Assembly: GCA_963713045.1 (NCBI GenBank)
Contig: CAVQKE010000003.1
Location: 576,001-640,000, forward strand
Length of the DNA: 64,000 nt
Reading direction: 5' to 3'
Source of the DNA: an uncultured delta proteobacterium
GTDB lineage: Bacteria; Myxococcota; Myxococcia; Myxococcales; Myxococcaceae
Position 1 is the first letter of the stretch. Every line of letters starts with the position of its first letter. The notes beneath the pieces were generated by a model. That model was not told the DNA's origin. It did not search any database and saw nothing but the letters and a program-made list of their open reading frames with translations. A program made the position numbers and the translations under genes. Shown here piece by piece: positions 29,628 to 38,561 of this stretch.

Positions 29628-32600
29628 ATGTGGATTGTCCGGCTGGCGCTTCGGCGGCCCTACACCGTTGCCGTCCTCGTGGCCCTCATCTTCATCTTCG
29701 GGGTCATGTCCGCGGTGCGGATGAACAAGGACATCTTCCCCGCCATCGACATCCCCGTCGTCATCGTGGTGTGGAGCTATCCGGGTCTGTCCGCCGAGGA
29801 CATGGAGCGCCGCATCGTCACCATCAGCGAGCGGGCTTACTCCACCACCATCGATGGGATTCAGCACATTGACTCGCAGTCCATCGCAGGGGTGGGGCTA
29901 CTGAAGGTGTATTTCCAGCCTCGCTCGGACCTGGGCACAGCCATCTCGCAAATCGCCTCGGTCTCCCAGACGGCGAGCCGTATCATGCCCCCTGGGATTC
30001 AGCCGCCGACCGTGCTCCGCTACAACGCCGGCAACGTCCCGGTGGCCCAGCTCACCACCAGCAGCCCGACCCTCTCCGAGCAGCAACTCTTCGACTACAG
30101 CCTCAACTTTCTCCGGGTCCGCCTGTTCACCATTCCGGGAACGTCCATTCCTGGGCCGTACGGCGGCAAGCAGCGGCAAATCATGGTGGACGTCAACCCA
30201 GCAGCGACTTCGGCCAAGGGACTCTCGCCCCAGGACGTGGTCAACGCGCTGCTCACCTCCAACGTCATCGTCCCGGCGGGCACCGCTCAAATCGGCACCA
30301 CCGAGTACAACGTCAAACTCAACTCCAGCCCGGAGACGGTCGAGCAATTCAACGAGATGCCGGTGAAGGTGGTCAACGGAGCCACCGTCCGGCTGGGGGA
30401 CGTGGCCCATGTCCGGGACGGGTACGCCGTCCAGGCCAACCAAGTCCACATCGGCGGTCATCGCGCCAGCTACCTTGCCATCCTGAAACACAGCGACGCC
30501 TCCACGCTGGCAGTGGTGGACGGGGTCCGCGACCTCTTGCCATCCATCCAAGCCGCGGCGCCCCAGGGCATGGAGCTGAAAATCGACTTCGACCAGTCCA
30601 TCTTCGTGCGCGCGGCACTGAACAACGTCGTTCACGAAGCGGTCATCAGCTCCATCCTGGTCTCGCTGATGATTCTCTTCTTCCTCGGCAGCTGGCGGAG
30701 CGTCCTCATCGTCTCCAGCAGCATTCCGGCGGCCCTCCTGGTGGGGGTGAGCGGCCTCTTTTTGACCGACCAGACCTTCAACATCATGACCCTGGGAGGC
30801 CTAGCGCTGGCCATTGGCATGCTGGTCGACGACGCCACGGTGGAGGTGGAGAACATCCATCGCAATCGGCACACCTTGCCTAAGCTGATGGTGGCCATCC
30901 TCAACAGCGCCCACCAGGTGGCGACGCCGGCCATCGCTGCCACACTGACCATCTGCATCGTCTTCTTCCCGGTGGTGCTGCTGACCGGCCCGGCCCGCTT
31001 TCTCTTCACCCCCTTGGCGGTTGCGGTCGTCATTTCGATGTTGGCGTCCTACCTGTTGAGCCGAACGCTGGTGCCAGTGCTGGCCCGCCAGCTGATGGAG
31101 AAAGAGGCCATCGACCTGGGCGAGGGCCCCGGCCGGTGGGCACGCTTCAACCGCTGGCGAGACCGGGGCTTCGACCGCTTCCGGAATGGCTACGCGAGCG
31201 CTCTGTCCGTGGTGCTGCACAACCGCCTTTGGGTTTTGGGGACGGCCGGGGTGGCATTGGCCGTCTCGCTGGTACTTCCCTTCGTGGTCGGACTGGACTT
31301 CTTCCCAACGGTCGACGCTGGGCTGATGAAACTGCACTTCCGAGCTCCCATCGGGACCCGACTCACCGAGACCGAGCGGCTGGTGCTCGCGGCAGAAAAC
31401 AAGATTCGACGCATCATTCCGGCCAACGAATTGGGCGCGCTCAACGACAACATCGGAATCCCTCTCTTCTACAACCTGGCTTTCGTCGCCACCGACAACA
31501 TCGGGCCGCAGGACGCCGAAATTCTCATCTCGCTCAAGCCAGGGCATCGACCCACCGCGGGGTACATGCAGCGCATTCGGGAAGAGCTGCCCGCCGACTT
31601 TCCGGGGAGCACGCTCTACTTCCAACCGGCCGACATCGTCAGCCAGGTGCTCAACTTTGGCCTCACCGCCCCCATCGACGTGCAGATTGAGTCCACTGAC
31701 TTGGACAAAGGCTATGCCGTGGGGCGCCAGCTGGCGGCGAGCATGCGTCACATTCCAGGGCTGGTCGACGTGCGCATCGCGCAGGTCCTCGACTATCCGA
31801 CGCTGAAGCTGGACGTCGACCGCGACCAAGCGGCGCGGGTGGGACTCACCCAAAGTGCCGTGGCCAACGACCTGCTCACCACCCTCGCCAGTAGCACGCT
31901 GGTCAGCCCCTCCTTCTGGCTCAACCCGAAAAACAACGTCAATTACCTGGTGGTGGTGCAGACGCCGCTCGACCGGATGGAGAGCACCGGCGACCTTCTG
32001 GCCACGCCCATCACCACCGCGGGGCAGCCTGTCTTGCAGAACCCCAGCCGGACCCCCACCGACTCAGCCACCACCACCGGCGCGGTCTACTTGGGAACGG
32101 TGTCGCAGCTCAGTCCCGGCCGCACCCTGGGAAGCGTCAACCATGCCACCATCCAACGCGTCATCAACGTACAGGGCAACGCCGTGGGACGAGATTTGGG
32201 CGCCATCGGCGCCGACATCAAGAAGTCCATCGCCGGACTGAAGGACGTGCCCCCCACCATGCGCATCACACTGCGCGGCCAAATCGAGAGCATGAACACC
32301 TCCTTTTCCAGCCTCGCCGGTGGACTGGTGCTCGCCATCCTCCTCGTCTACCTGCTGATGGTGGTGCTCTTTCAGTCCTGGATTGACCCATTCATCATCA
32401 TGATTGCCGTCCCGGGCGCCCTGGTGGGGGTGCTGTGGATGCTGGCCATCACCGGCACCACCCTCAACGTCGAGTCCTTCATGGGGACCATCATGGCGGT
32501 GGGCATCGCCGTCTCGAACAGCATCCTGTTGGTGAACTTCGCCAATGAGATTCGCGTCGAGCAAAACCTCGGCGCCCTGGAAGGTGCCCTCGAGGCTGGG

Positions 32601-32867
32601 AAGACGCGCCTGCGCCCGGTGCTGATGACGGCACTGGCGATGATTATCGGCATGCTGCCGATGGCCTTTGCCCTGGGTGAGGGTGGTGAGCAGAATGCGC
32701 CCCTTGGCCGAGCGGTCATTGGCGGGCTGTTGATGGCCACGGTGGTTACCCTGTTCCTCGTACCGTTGGTGTACAGCGCCCTGCGCAAAGCGCCTCCCAG
32801 CGCCCACCGCCTGGACGAGCAGTTCTCTGAGGAGAGCGAAGGTGCAAGCGCTGGAGCCCGAGGATGA
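29628..32867 (+). CDS. RND efflux permease
   Basis: 1079 aa; GMLVDDATVEVENI, NSILLV, RLRPVLMT. Confidence 0.96.
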   Translation: MWIVRLALRRPYTVAVLVALIFIFGVMSAVRMNKDIFPAIDIPVVIVVWSYPGLSAEDMERRIVTISERAYSTTIDGIQHIDSQSIAGVGLLKVYFQPRSDLGTAISQIASVSQTASRIMPPGIQPPTVLRYNAGNVPVAQLTTSSPTLSEQQLFDYSLNFLRVRLFTIPGTSIPGPYGGKQRQIMVDVNPAATSAKGLSPQDVVNALLTSNVIVPAGTAQIGTTEYNVKLNSSPETVEQFNEMPVKVVNGATVRLGDVAHVRDGYAVQANQVHIGGHRASYLAILKHSDASTLAVVDGVRDLLPSIQAAAPQGMELKIDFDQSIFVRAALNNVVHEAVISSILVSLMILFFLGSWRSVLIVSSSIPAALLVGVSGLFLTDQTFNIMTLGGLALAIGMLVDDATVEVENIHRNRHTLPKLMVAILNSAHQVATPAIAATLTICIVFFPVVLLTGPARFLFTPLAVAVVISMLASYLLSRTLVPVLARQLMEKEAIDLGEGPGRWARFNRWRDRGFDRFRNGYASALSVVLHNRLWVLGTAGVALAVSLVLPFVVGLDFFPTVDAGLMKLHFRAPIGTRLTETERLVLAAENKIRRIIPANELGALNDNIGIPLFYNLAFVATDNIGPQDAEILISLKPGHRPTAGYMQRIREELPADFPGSTLYFQPADIVSQVLNFGLTAPIDVQIESTDLDKGYAVGRQLAASMRHIPGLVDVRIAQVLDYPTLKLDVDRDQAARVGLTQSAVANDLLTTLASSTLVSPSFWLNPKNNVNYLVVVQTPLDRMESTGDLLATPITTAGQPVLQNPSRTPTDSATTTGAVYLGTVSQLSPGRTLGSVNHATIQRVINVQGNAVGRDLGAIGADIKKSIAGLKDVPPTMRITLRGQIESMNTSFSSLAGGLVLAILLVYLLMVVLFQSWIDPFIIMIAVPGALVGVLWMLAITGTTLNVESFMGTIMAVGIAVSNSILLVNFANEIRVEQNLGALEGALEAGKTRLRPVLMTALAMIIGMLPMAFALGEGGEQNAPLGRAVIGGLLMATVVTLFLVPLVYSALRKAPPSAHRLDEQFSEESEGASAGARG

Positions 32868-34102
32868 GCATGAATCCAAATGAAGCAACCCCACCCAGCG
32901 GCCCGCCCGACGCGCCGCCCAGACGCCCCGTCGGGCTGACGCTGATTTCGCTGGCGGTGGTGGTGGTGAGCATCCTCGGCGTCGTCTTCTTCGCTTGGCG
33001 CCGTCACAGCGCCGAGGCGGCCGAAGTCAAAAGCCGAAACATCGCCCTGGCCAAGGGGAACACCGTCCAAACCACGCAGGTGACGGTGTCCCCGTCGGAA
33101 CAGCTGCTGACCTTGCCGGCCGAAGTCCGCGGCTGGGCCCAGGTGACGCTGTACGCCAAAGTGGCTGGCTATGTCCGCGAGATTCCGGTCGACAAAGGCA
33201 CTCGCGTCAAAAAGGGCGACTTGCTGGCGCGACTCGAATCCCCCGAAACGGACCAAGCGGTTGCGGCCGCGCGGGCGGACCTGGTCCTGAAGCGGCAGCT
33301 GCTGCAAAGGACGGAAGCGCTGCGTCCGGACGGCGTTGTCTCTCAACAAGACTTGGACAACGCCACCGGCGCCGTCCGTGTGTCCGAAGCCACCCTTCAG
33401 CAGGCCCTCGCGCAGCAGTCGTATGAAGTCATCCGCGCCCCGTTCAGCGGAACCGTCACCGCGCGCTACGTCGACGTTGGCGCACTCGTCCCGTCCGGCA
33501 CCGGCAACACGTCGGCGGTCCAGCCGGTGGTGGACTTGGCCGACGTCGACGTGCTGCGGGTGCAGGTGTACGTCGGTCAGGGGGACGCGGCCCGGCTTCA
33601 AGACGGCGATTCGGTGAGCGTCGTCTCAGACAGCGACCCCTCCCATCCAATTGAGGCCAAGGTGAGTCGGAAGGCGATGGGCCTCGACCCCAGGACGCGC
33701 ACCATGCTGGTGGAGGCCGACCTGGACAACCGGCCGGCGCGCCTCTTTCCCGGCCAGTACGTCAAGGCCACCCTTCGCCTCCGCGGTGCCCGCACGCCTC
33801 TGGTGCCCGGAGAAGCCCTCACCTGGCGCGGAGACAAACTCTTCGTCGCGGTGGTGCAGGACGGCCACGTGCACCTGCAGCAGGTACAGGCGGGCGATGA
33901 CAGCGGACGCGTGGTGCAAATTCTGAGCGGCCTCCAAGGGGGAGAGGTGGTCATCCTCAACCCGAGCCCCGAGCTCTCCGACGGCGACCGGGTCCAAGTC
34001 GCGAAACCCGCAGCTCCGCCGCCGCCGCCGACGCCCACCGCACAAGCCGCTGCGCCGAGCCCGGGGGCAGTCCCCGGTGCAGGGCTTCCCGCCGCTCGCT
34101 AA
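32864..34102 (+). CDS. RND periplasmic adaptor (MFP)
   Basis: N-terminal TM; G.V....VDKG..VKKGDLLA, IRAPFSGTV, DPRTRT. Confidence 0.94.
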   Translation: MSMNPNEATPPSGPPDAPPRRPVGLTLISLAVVVVSILGVVFFAWRRHSAEAAEVKSRNIALAKGNTVQTTQVTVSPSEQLLTLPAEVRGWAQVTLYAKVAGYVREIPVDKGTRVKKGDLLARLESPETDQAVAAARADLVLKRQLLQRTEALRPDGVVSQQDLDNATGAVRVSEATLQQALAQQSYEVIRAPFSGTVTARYVDVGALVPSGTGNTSAVQPVVDLADVDVLRVQVYVGQGDAARLQDGDSVSVVSDSDPSHPIEAKVSRKAMGLDPRTRTMLVEADLDNRPARLFPGQYVKATLRLRGARTPLVPGEALTWRGDKLFVAVVQDGHVHLQQVQAGDDSGRVVQILSGLQGGEVVILNPSPELSDGDRVQVAKPAAPPPPPTPTAQAAAPSPGAVPGAGLPAAR

Positions 34103-34368
34103 CGAAGGCGCCCACCGAAGCTGGCCGCATCCGCTGCAGCCGCCGTCCACCCCGGCGAGGCAACGCCGTCGCTTCCAAGACACTGCGTGAAGAAGGGTGT
34201 GTGCGCTGGAACCTGAGCGCAGCCTACCGGCGCACGTGTGCACAGGAGGTAGGTTGGTCAACCACTCCGGCGCGAACTTGTCGCCTTGCGAACACCGAAG
34301 CGCAGTCTCGTAAACTCTCGGGACGGCGCCCTTCGGGCTCATCCCGTGGGTGACGCTGCGCCCCCACA

Positions 34369-36372
34369 ATGAAGACTCCCTTACGCAGCGGTGAGTTTCC
34401 TGAATCTTCCCTCCACGAAGTTCTAGACTTCTATTGCCACAACGGCCAAACGGCCGCCGTCTCCATCAGCATCCCGCGGCCCAGCGGCGGAGAGGTGACC
34501 GGAACGTTCTTCGTCGAGTCGGGTGTCCTCGTCGATGCGCGTTTCGACGGTCGTGACGGAGCCGAGGCCGTGCGCCAGGCGCTGGGTGTCACGCTTGGCA
34601 AGTACCAAGTCGAGCTCGGCTCCCGCAGCCCGCGCCGCACAGTTCATGAGTCGTGGGAGACGCTGTCCACTCCCTCCGCGCCTGAGCGCCCAGCCCCTCC
34701 GAAGCTGTACCCAGTGGAGGGCGGTGGCGGAACAAAGGCCGCCCCGACGCCACCTCCGGCGCCGCGGCTCACTCCCCAGCGCCCCACGGCTGCCGCCGTT
34801 CCGCCAAGACTTCCCTCGTCGCAAAGCGGCGCGCACCACAGCCCGCCGCCGGGGCTTGGCACTTCCGGGCCGCTGCACACTCCCGCCCAACGCCAGACCG
34901 GGCCCCTCTATCCGTCCGGGCTCAGCACCTCGGGGCCGCTGCACACCACGGCCGGCACTTCGGGGCCGCTTCAGACGTCAGGCCCCACCACCTCGCCTTT
35001 CAGCGGCCCACACACCCCTCCGGCCCGCGGCCAGCCAGACGCCGGCAGCGCGCCCTTCTCCAGCGTTCGCCGAGAGGGGCAAAAGAGTCGGCTTCTGCAG
35101 CTGGTGGTCGCATTCAGCCTCGCGTCTGTCGTCGGCATCGCGCTGTCACTGGGCGCCGCCCACCTCTACAACCGCTACCTCAGCCCCCAACCGGTGGCCG
35201 CCAAGAAGCCTGCCGAAGCGCCGACGCCGGCGCCAGCGGCTGCGGCGGCGGCCGTTCCTGGCATCACCGACACCGAGGTGACGCTCGGCATGGCTGCGCC
35301 CCTGACCGGCGTGTCGAAAGAACTCGGTCGGCAAATGCGGCTCGGCCTGGACGCGGCTTTCGCGCGTACCAACGCCGCCGGCGGAGTCAACGGCAGGACG
35401 GTGAAGCTGATTGCGCTGGATGACGGCTATGAGCCGGCACGCACCAAGGACGTGATGCGCGAGTTGGCCGAGCATCGCGGCGTCTTCAGCTTCATCGGGA
35501 ATGTGGGGACCCCCACCGCCGCGGTTGCCGTTCCCTACGCGCTCGAGAGGAAGATGCTCTTCTTCGGCCCCTTCACCGGCGCAGGGCTTCTGCGCAAGGA
35601 CCCGCCGGACCGCTACGTCTTCAACTACCGGGCCAGCTACATGGAGGAGACGGCAGCCATCGTTCGCTACCTGGTGGAAGTCCGGCACATCAAACCGGAG
35701 CAGATTGCCGTCTTCGCCCAAGACGACAGCTATGGAGATGCCGGGTTCCAGGGCGTGGCCAAGGGACTTCGCCAGCTGAGGCGCAGCTCCAGCCCGATTC
35801 TGAAGGTGACGTACACGCGCAATACCGCGGATGTCTCCGACGCCGTGGCCCGCATCCTGGACAAAAAGGCCAATGTGGCCGCGGTGGTGATGGTCGCTAC
35901 CTACCGGCCCGCCGCCCGCTTCATCGAGAAGGTCCGCGAGCAACGGCCGGGGATGATTTTCACCAACGTCTCCTTCGTCGGCAGCGAGGCCCTGGCCGAG
36001 GAGCTGTTGCAGCTCGGCCCACAGTTCGCCCAGGGCGTCATCATCACCCAAGTGGTTCCTTTGCCCACCGGCCAGTCCACCGTGGGTTTGAAATACCGCG
36101 AAGCGCTGGCCAGCTTCGCCCCGGAGGAGAAGCCCGGCTTCATTTCCCTCGAGGGGTACGTGACGGGAACCCTCTTCGTCGAGGGGCTCAAGCTCGCCGG
36201 GCGCAACGTGACCGCCGACCGCCTGGTGGACGCCCTTGAGAACGTCCACGGCCTCGACCTCGGCCTGGGCGTCCCGTTGAGTTTCGGGCTTTCCGAGCAC
36301 CAGGCTTCGCACAAGGTGTGGGGCACGGTCCTCGACGGCAACGGGGCCTTCCAGCAACTCGAGCTGGAGTAG
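34369..36372 (+). CDS. DUF4388-like domain, Pro-rich linker, TM and type I (Liv-like) periplasmic binding domain
   Basis: N-terminal L.G.....L.EVL..G..F..G..VDA pattern; LDDGYEP, GNVGTPT, FNYRASY. Confidence 0.8.
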   Translation: MKTPLRSGEFPESSLHEVLDFYCHNGQTAAVSISIPRPSGGEVTGTFFVESGVLVDARFDGRDGAEAVRQALGVTLGKYQVELGSRSPRRTVHESWETLSTPSAPERPAPPKLYPVEGGGGTKAAPTPPPAPRLTPQRPTAAAVPPRLPSSQSGAHHSPPPGLGTSGPLHTPAQRQTGPLYPSGLSTSGPLHTTAGTSGPLQTSGPTTSPFSGPHTPPARGQPDAGSAPFSSVRREGQKSRLLQLVVAFSLASVVGIALSLGAAHLYNRYLSPQPVAAKKPAEAPTPAPAAAAAAVPGITDTEVTLGMAAPLTGVSKELGRQMRLGLDAAFARTNAAGGVNGRTVKLIALDDGYEPARTKDVMRELAEHRGVFSFIGNVGTPTAAVAVPYALERKMLFFGPFTGAGLLRKDPPDRYVFNYRASYMEETAAIVRYLVEVRHIKPEQIAVFAQDDSYGDAGFQGVAKGLRQLRRSSSPILKVTYTRNTADVSDAVARILDKKANVAAVVMVATYRPAARFIEKVREQRPGMIFTNVSFVGSEALAEELLQLGPQFAQGVIITQVVPLPTGQSTVGLKYREALASFAPEEKPGFISLEGYVTGTLFVEGLKLAGRNVTADRLVDALENVHGLDLGLGVPLSFGLSEHQASHKVWGTVLDGNGAFQQLELE

Positions 36373-36729
36373 CTCCGGCCGGTGGTTTGGGCGGGGGCCG
36401 CCGTGGGTTGATGGCGTGTGCGCCCTGCTCGACGACGCCGAACATGGCGCGGGGGGTCGGAATTCGGCCGCCGGGCCGAGAGCGGATGCACTGACCACGG
36501 CGCTGGCAGCGTGGGCTTCCTTGCCGGCGAGCGCGCGGTGCGCGGCCTCCACGGGCAGCCGCCCCGCCTGGACGGACTGACGGACGGAGACGTGCCGTCG
36601 AGCACTGACTTCCGGCAGCCTTTACGGGGCAGTTCTCCCCGACTGGGCTTGCCGTCGCCCGGGCCAAGGTGCTGGGGCCAGCGGCGGTGCTGGGCGTCCT
36701 GCGTCCACCGACGTGACGCGACCGGCCGA

Positions 36730-38424
36730 CTAGGAAGGCGGGGGGGTTGCTGGCGCCTCGGGCATTGCCCATTGCAGCAGCGGAGCCAGGGCCACCACCA
36801 ACAGGCAGCCAACGACGTTGTACCAAAGGAAGCCCAAATGGCCGAAGGCGGCTGTGGCCAGCACGGCGGCCTCGCCAACAACGGTGGCCCAGAAGGCGGC
36901 TCGTCCTCGCACTCCTGACAGGAAGAAGCCAACGAGGAAGACGCCCAGCATCGGCCCGTAGAAGAGGGAACCGAGGATGTTGACGGCTTGGATGAGGTTG
37001 TCGAGTAGGGCGGCGAAGGCGGCGAACGCCACCGCCACCAGGCCCCAGCCGGCGGTGGCCAGCCGCGCCACCAGCAACGTCCTCTGGTCGCTCGCCTGCG
37101 GGTAACGCGGCCGATAAAAGTCCACCACCGTGGTGGCTCCCAGCGAGGAGAGCGCCGCCGAGTTGGCCGACATCGCCGCGGAGAGAATGACGGCGATGAG
37201 CAGACCGATGAGCCCGCGCGGGAAGTGGTCCAACACAAAACGCAGAAAAATGAAGTCGGAGTCCTTCGCGTCCGCTCCAGGCAGCGCCTTGGCAACCAAC
37301 ATTCCGGCCTCCCTGCGCAGGCCCACCAGGCGAGCCTGGTCTGCGCGCAGTTCGGCACGAGCGGCTGCGACCATCTCCGGAGCGGCTCCTGGCGCGAGAA
37401 AACGGTCGATGACGGCGCGTTGTTCTGCAAACAGCGCCGCGTGTGCCTGCTCCAACTGGGCCACCGCGGCACCCTGCTGCGCGCGTGCCCGTTCCCACTC
37501 AGCCCCATTGTAGAAGAGTGGCCCCGGGCTGAGTTGGTAGAAGACAAAAACCATGACGCCGATGAAAAGAATGAAGAGCTGCATCGGCACCTTGAGCAGC
37601 CCATTCATCAACAGCCCGAGCCGACTCTCGGCCAGCGGGCCACCGGCCAAGTAACGCTGCACCTGCGATTGGTCTGTCCCGAAGTAGGCAAGCTGAATGA
37701 AGAGACCGCCGAGCAAGCCCGACCACACGGTGTAGCGGGCACCGAAGTTCAGCGAGAAGTCGACGCCCTGGAGTTTGCCAAGCGCCCCGGCCAACGACAC
37801 TCCCTGGCCGAAGGACACGCCCGGTGGCAGTCGCATGACGGCGATGGTCAGCGCCGCCACCAGCCCGACCGAGATGACCGCCATCTGAGCAGACTGGGTG
37901 CGGCTGACGGCCCGGCTCCCGCCAAGCACGGTGTAGAGGATGGTGGTAGCGCCCAGGAGGAAATTGGTCCACAGCGCCGGCCAGCCGAGGACGGCAGAGA
38001 GCACCACCGCTGGCGCGTAGATGGCCAGCCCGGACGCCAATCCGCGAGACACTAAAAACAAGAGCGCGGTGAATTGCCGCGTTCTCCGGTCAAAGCGTTC
38101 CTCCAAGTACTGGTAGGCGGTGTACAGCCGGAGCCGGTGGTAGATGGGGAGGATGATGGCCGACAGCAGCACCATCGCCAGCGGCAGCCCGAAGTAAAAT
38201 TGAACAAAGCCGATGCCTTGCTGATAGGCCTGCCCGGGCAGGGAGAGAAAAGTGATGGCACTGGCCTGCGTGGCAATGACGGACAAGCCAATCGTCCACC
38301 ACCGGATGTCCTTGCCAGCACGAAGGAAGGATTCGGTGCTGCCCACCCCGCGGCTCTTCCAGGAACCGTAAGCGACAATCCCGGCCAACGTTGCAGCCAG
38401 GACCACCCAGTCCAGCGGGCTCAC
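36730..38424 (-). CDS. Sodium:solute symporter (SSS)
   Basis: ATQASAITF, TAYQYLEERF, YFGTDQSQVQRY. Confidence 0.94.
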   Translation of the reverse strand: MSPLDWVVLAATLAGIVAYGSWKSRGVGSTESFLRAGKDIRWWTIGLSVIATQASAITFLSLPGQAYQQGIGFVQFYFGLPLAMVLLSAIILPIYHRLRLYTAYQYLEERFDRRTRQFTALLFLVSRGLASGLAIYAPAVVLSAVLGWPALWTNFLLGATTILYTVLGGSRAVSRTQSAQMAVISVGLVAALTIAVMRLPPGVSFGQGVSLAGALGKLQGVDFSLNFGARYTVWSGLLGGLFIQLAYFGTDQSQVQRYLAGGPLAESRLGLLMNGLLKVPMQLFILFIGVMVFVFYQLSPGPLFYNGAEWERARAQQGAAVAQLEQAHAALFAEQRAVIDRFLAPGAAPEMVAAARAELRADQARLVGLRREAGMLVAKALPGADAKDSDFIFLRFVLDHFPRGLIGLLIAVILSAAMSANSAALSSLGATTVVDFYRPRYPQASDQRTLLVARLATAGWGLVAVAFAAFAALLDNLIQAVNILGSLFYGPMLGVFLVGFFLSGVRGRAAFWATVVGEAAVLATAAFGHLGFLWYNVVGCLLVVALAPLLQWAMPEAPATPPPS

Positions 38425-38561
38425 ACGAAGGCCCTCGCCACAAGCGCAAGGAGAGCAATCTCCACCAGCAGGACGCCCAGGACGAGCGCATAGAGGCGCG
38501 GCCAGGTGCCGAGCGGCGGAGGAATATCCTCGGACGCGGCGGCCGGCCGCTCAGCCGCCAT
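38421..38561 (-). CDS. 46-aa single-TM protein coupled to the SSS gene
   Basis: MAAERP..PPPLGTWPRLYALVLGVLLVEIALL; overlaps both neighbours. Confidence 0.75.
   Translation of the reverse strand: MAAERPAAASEDIPPPLGTWPRLYALVLGVLLVEIALLALVARAFV

Noticed and set aside
36373..36729. Possible gene or ncRNA between convergent genes
   Set aside because: No convincing ORF, motif or distinctive structure
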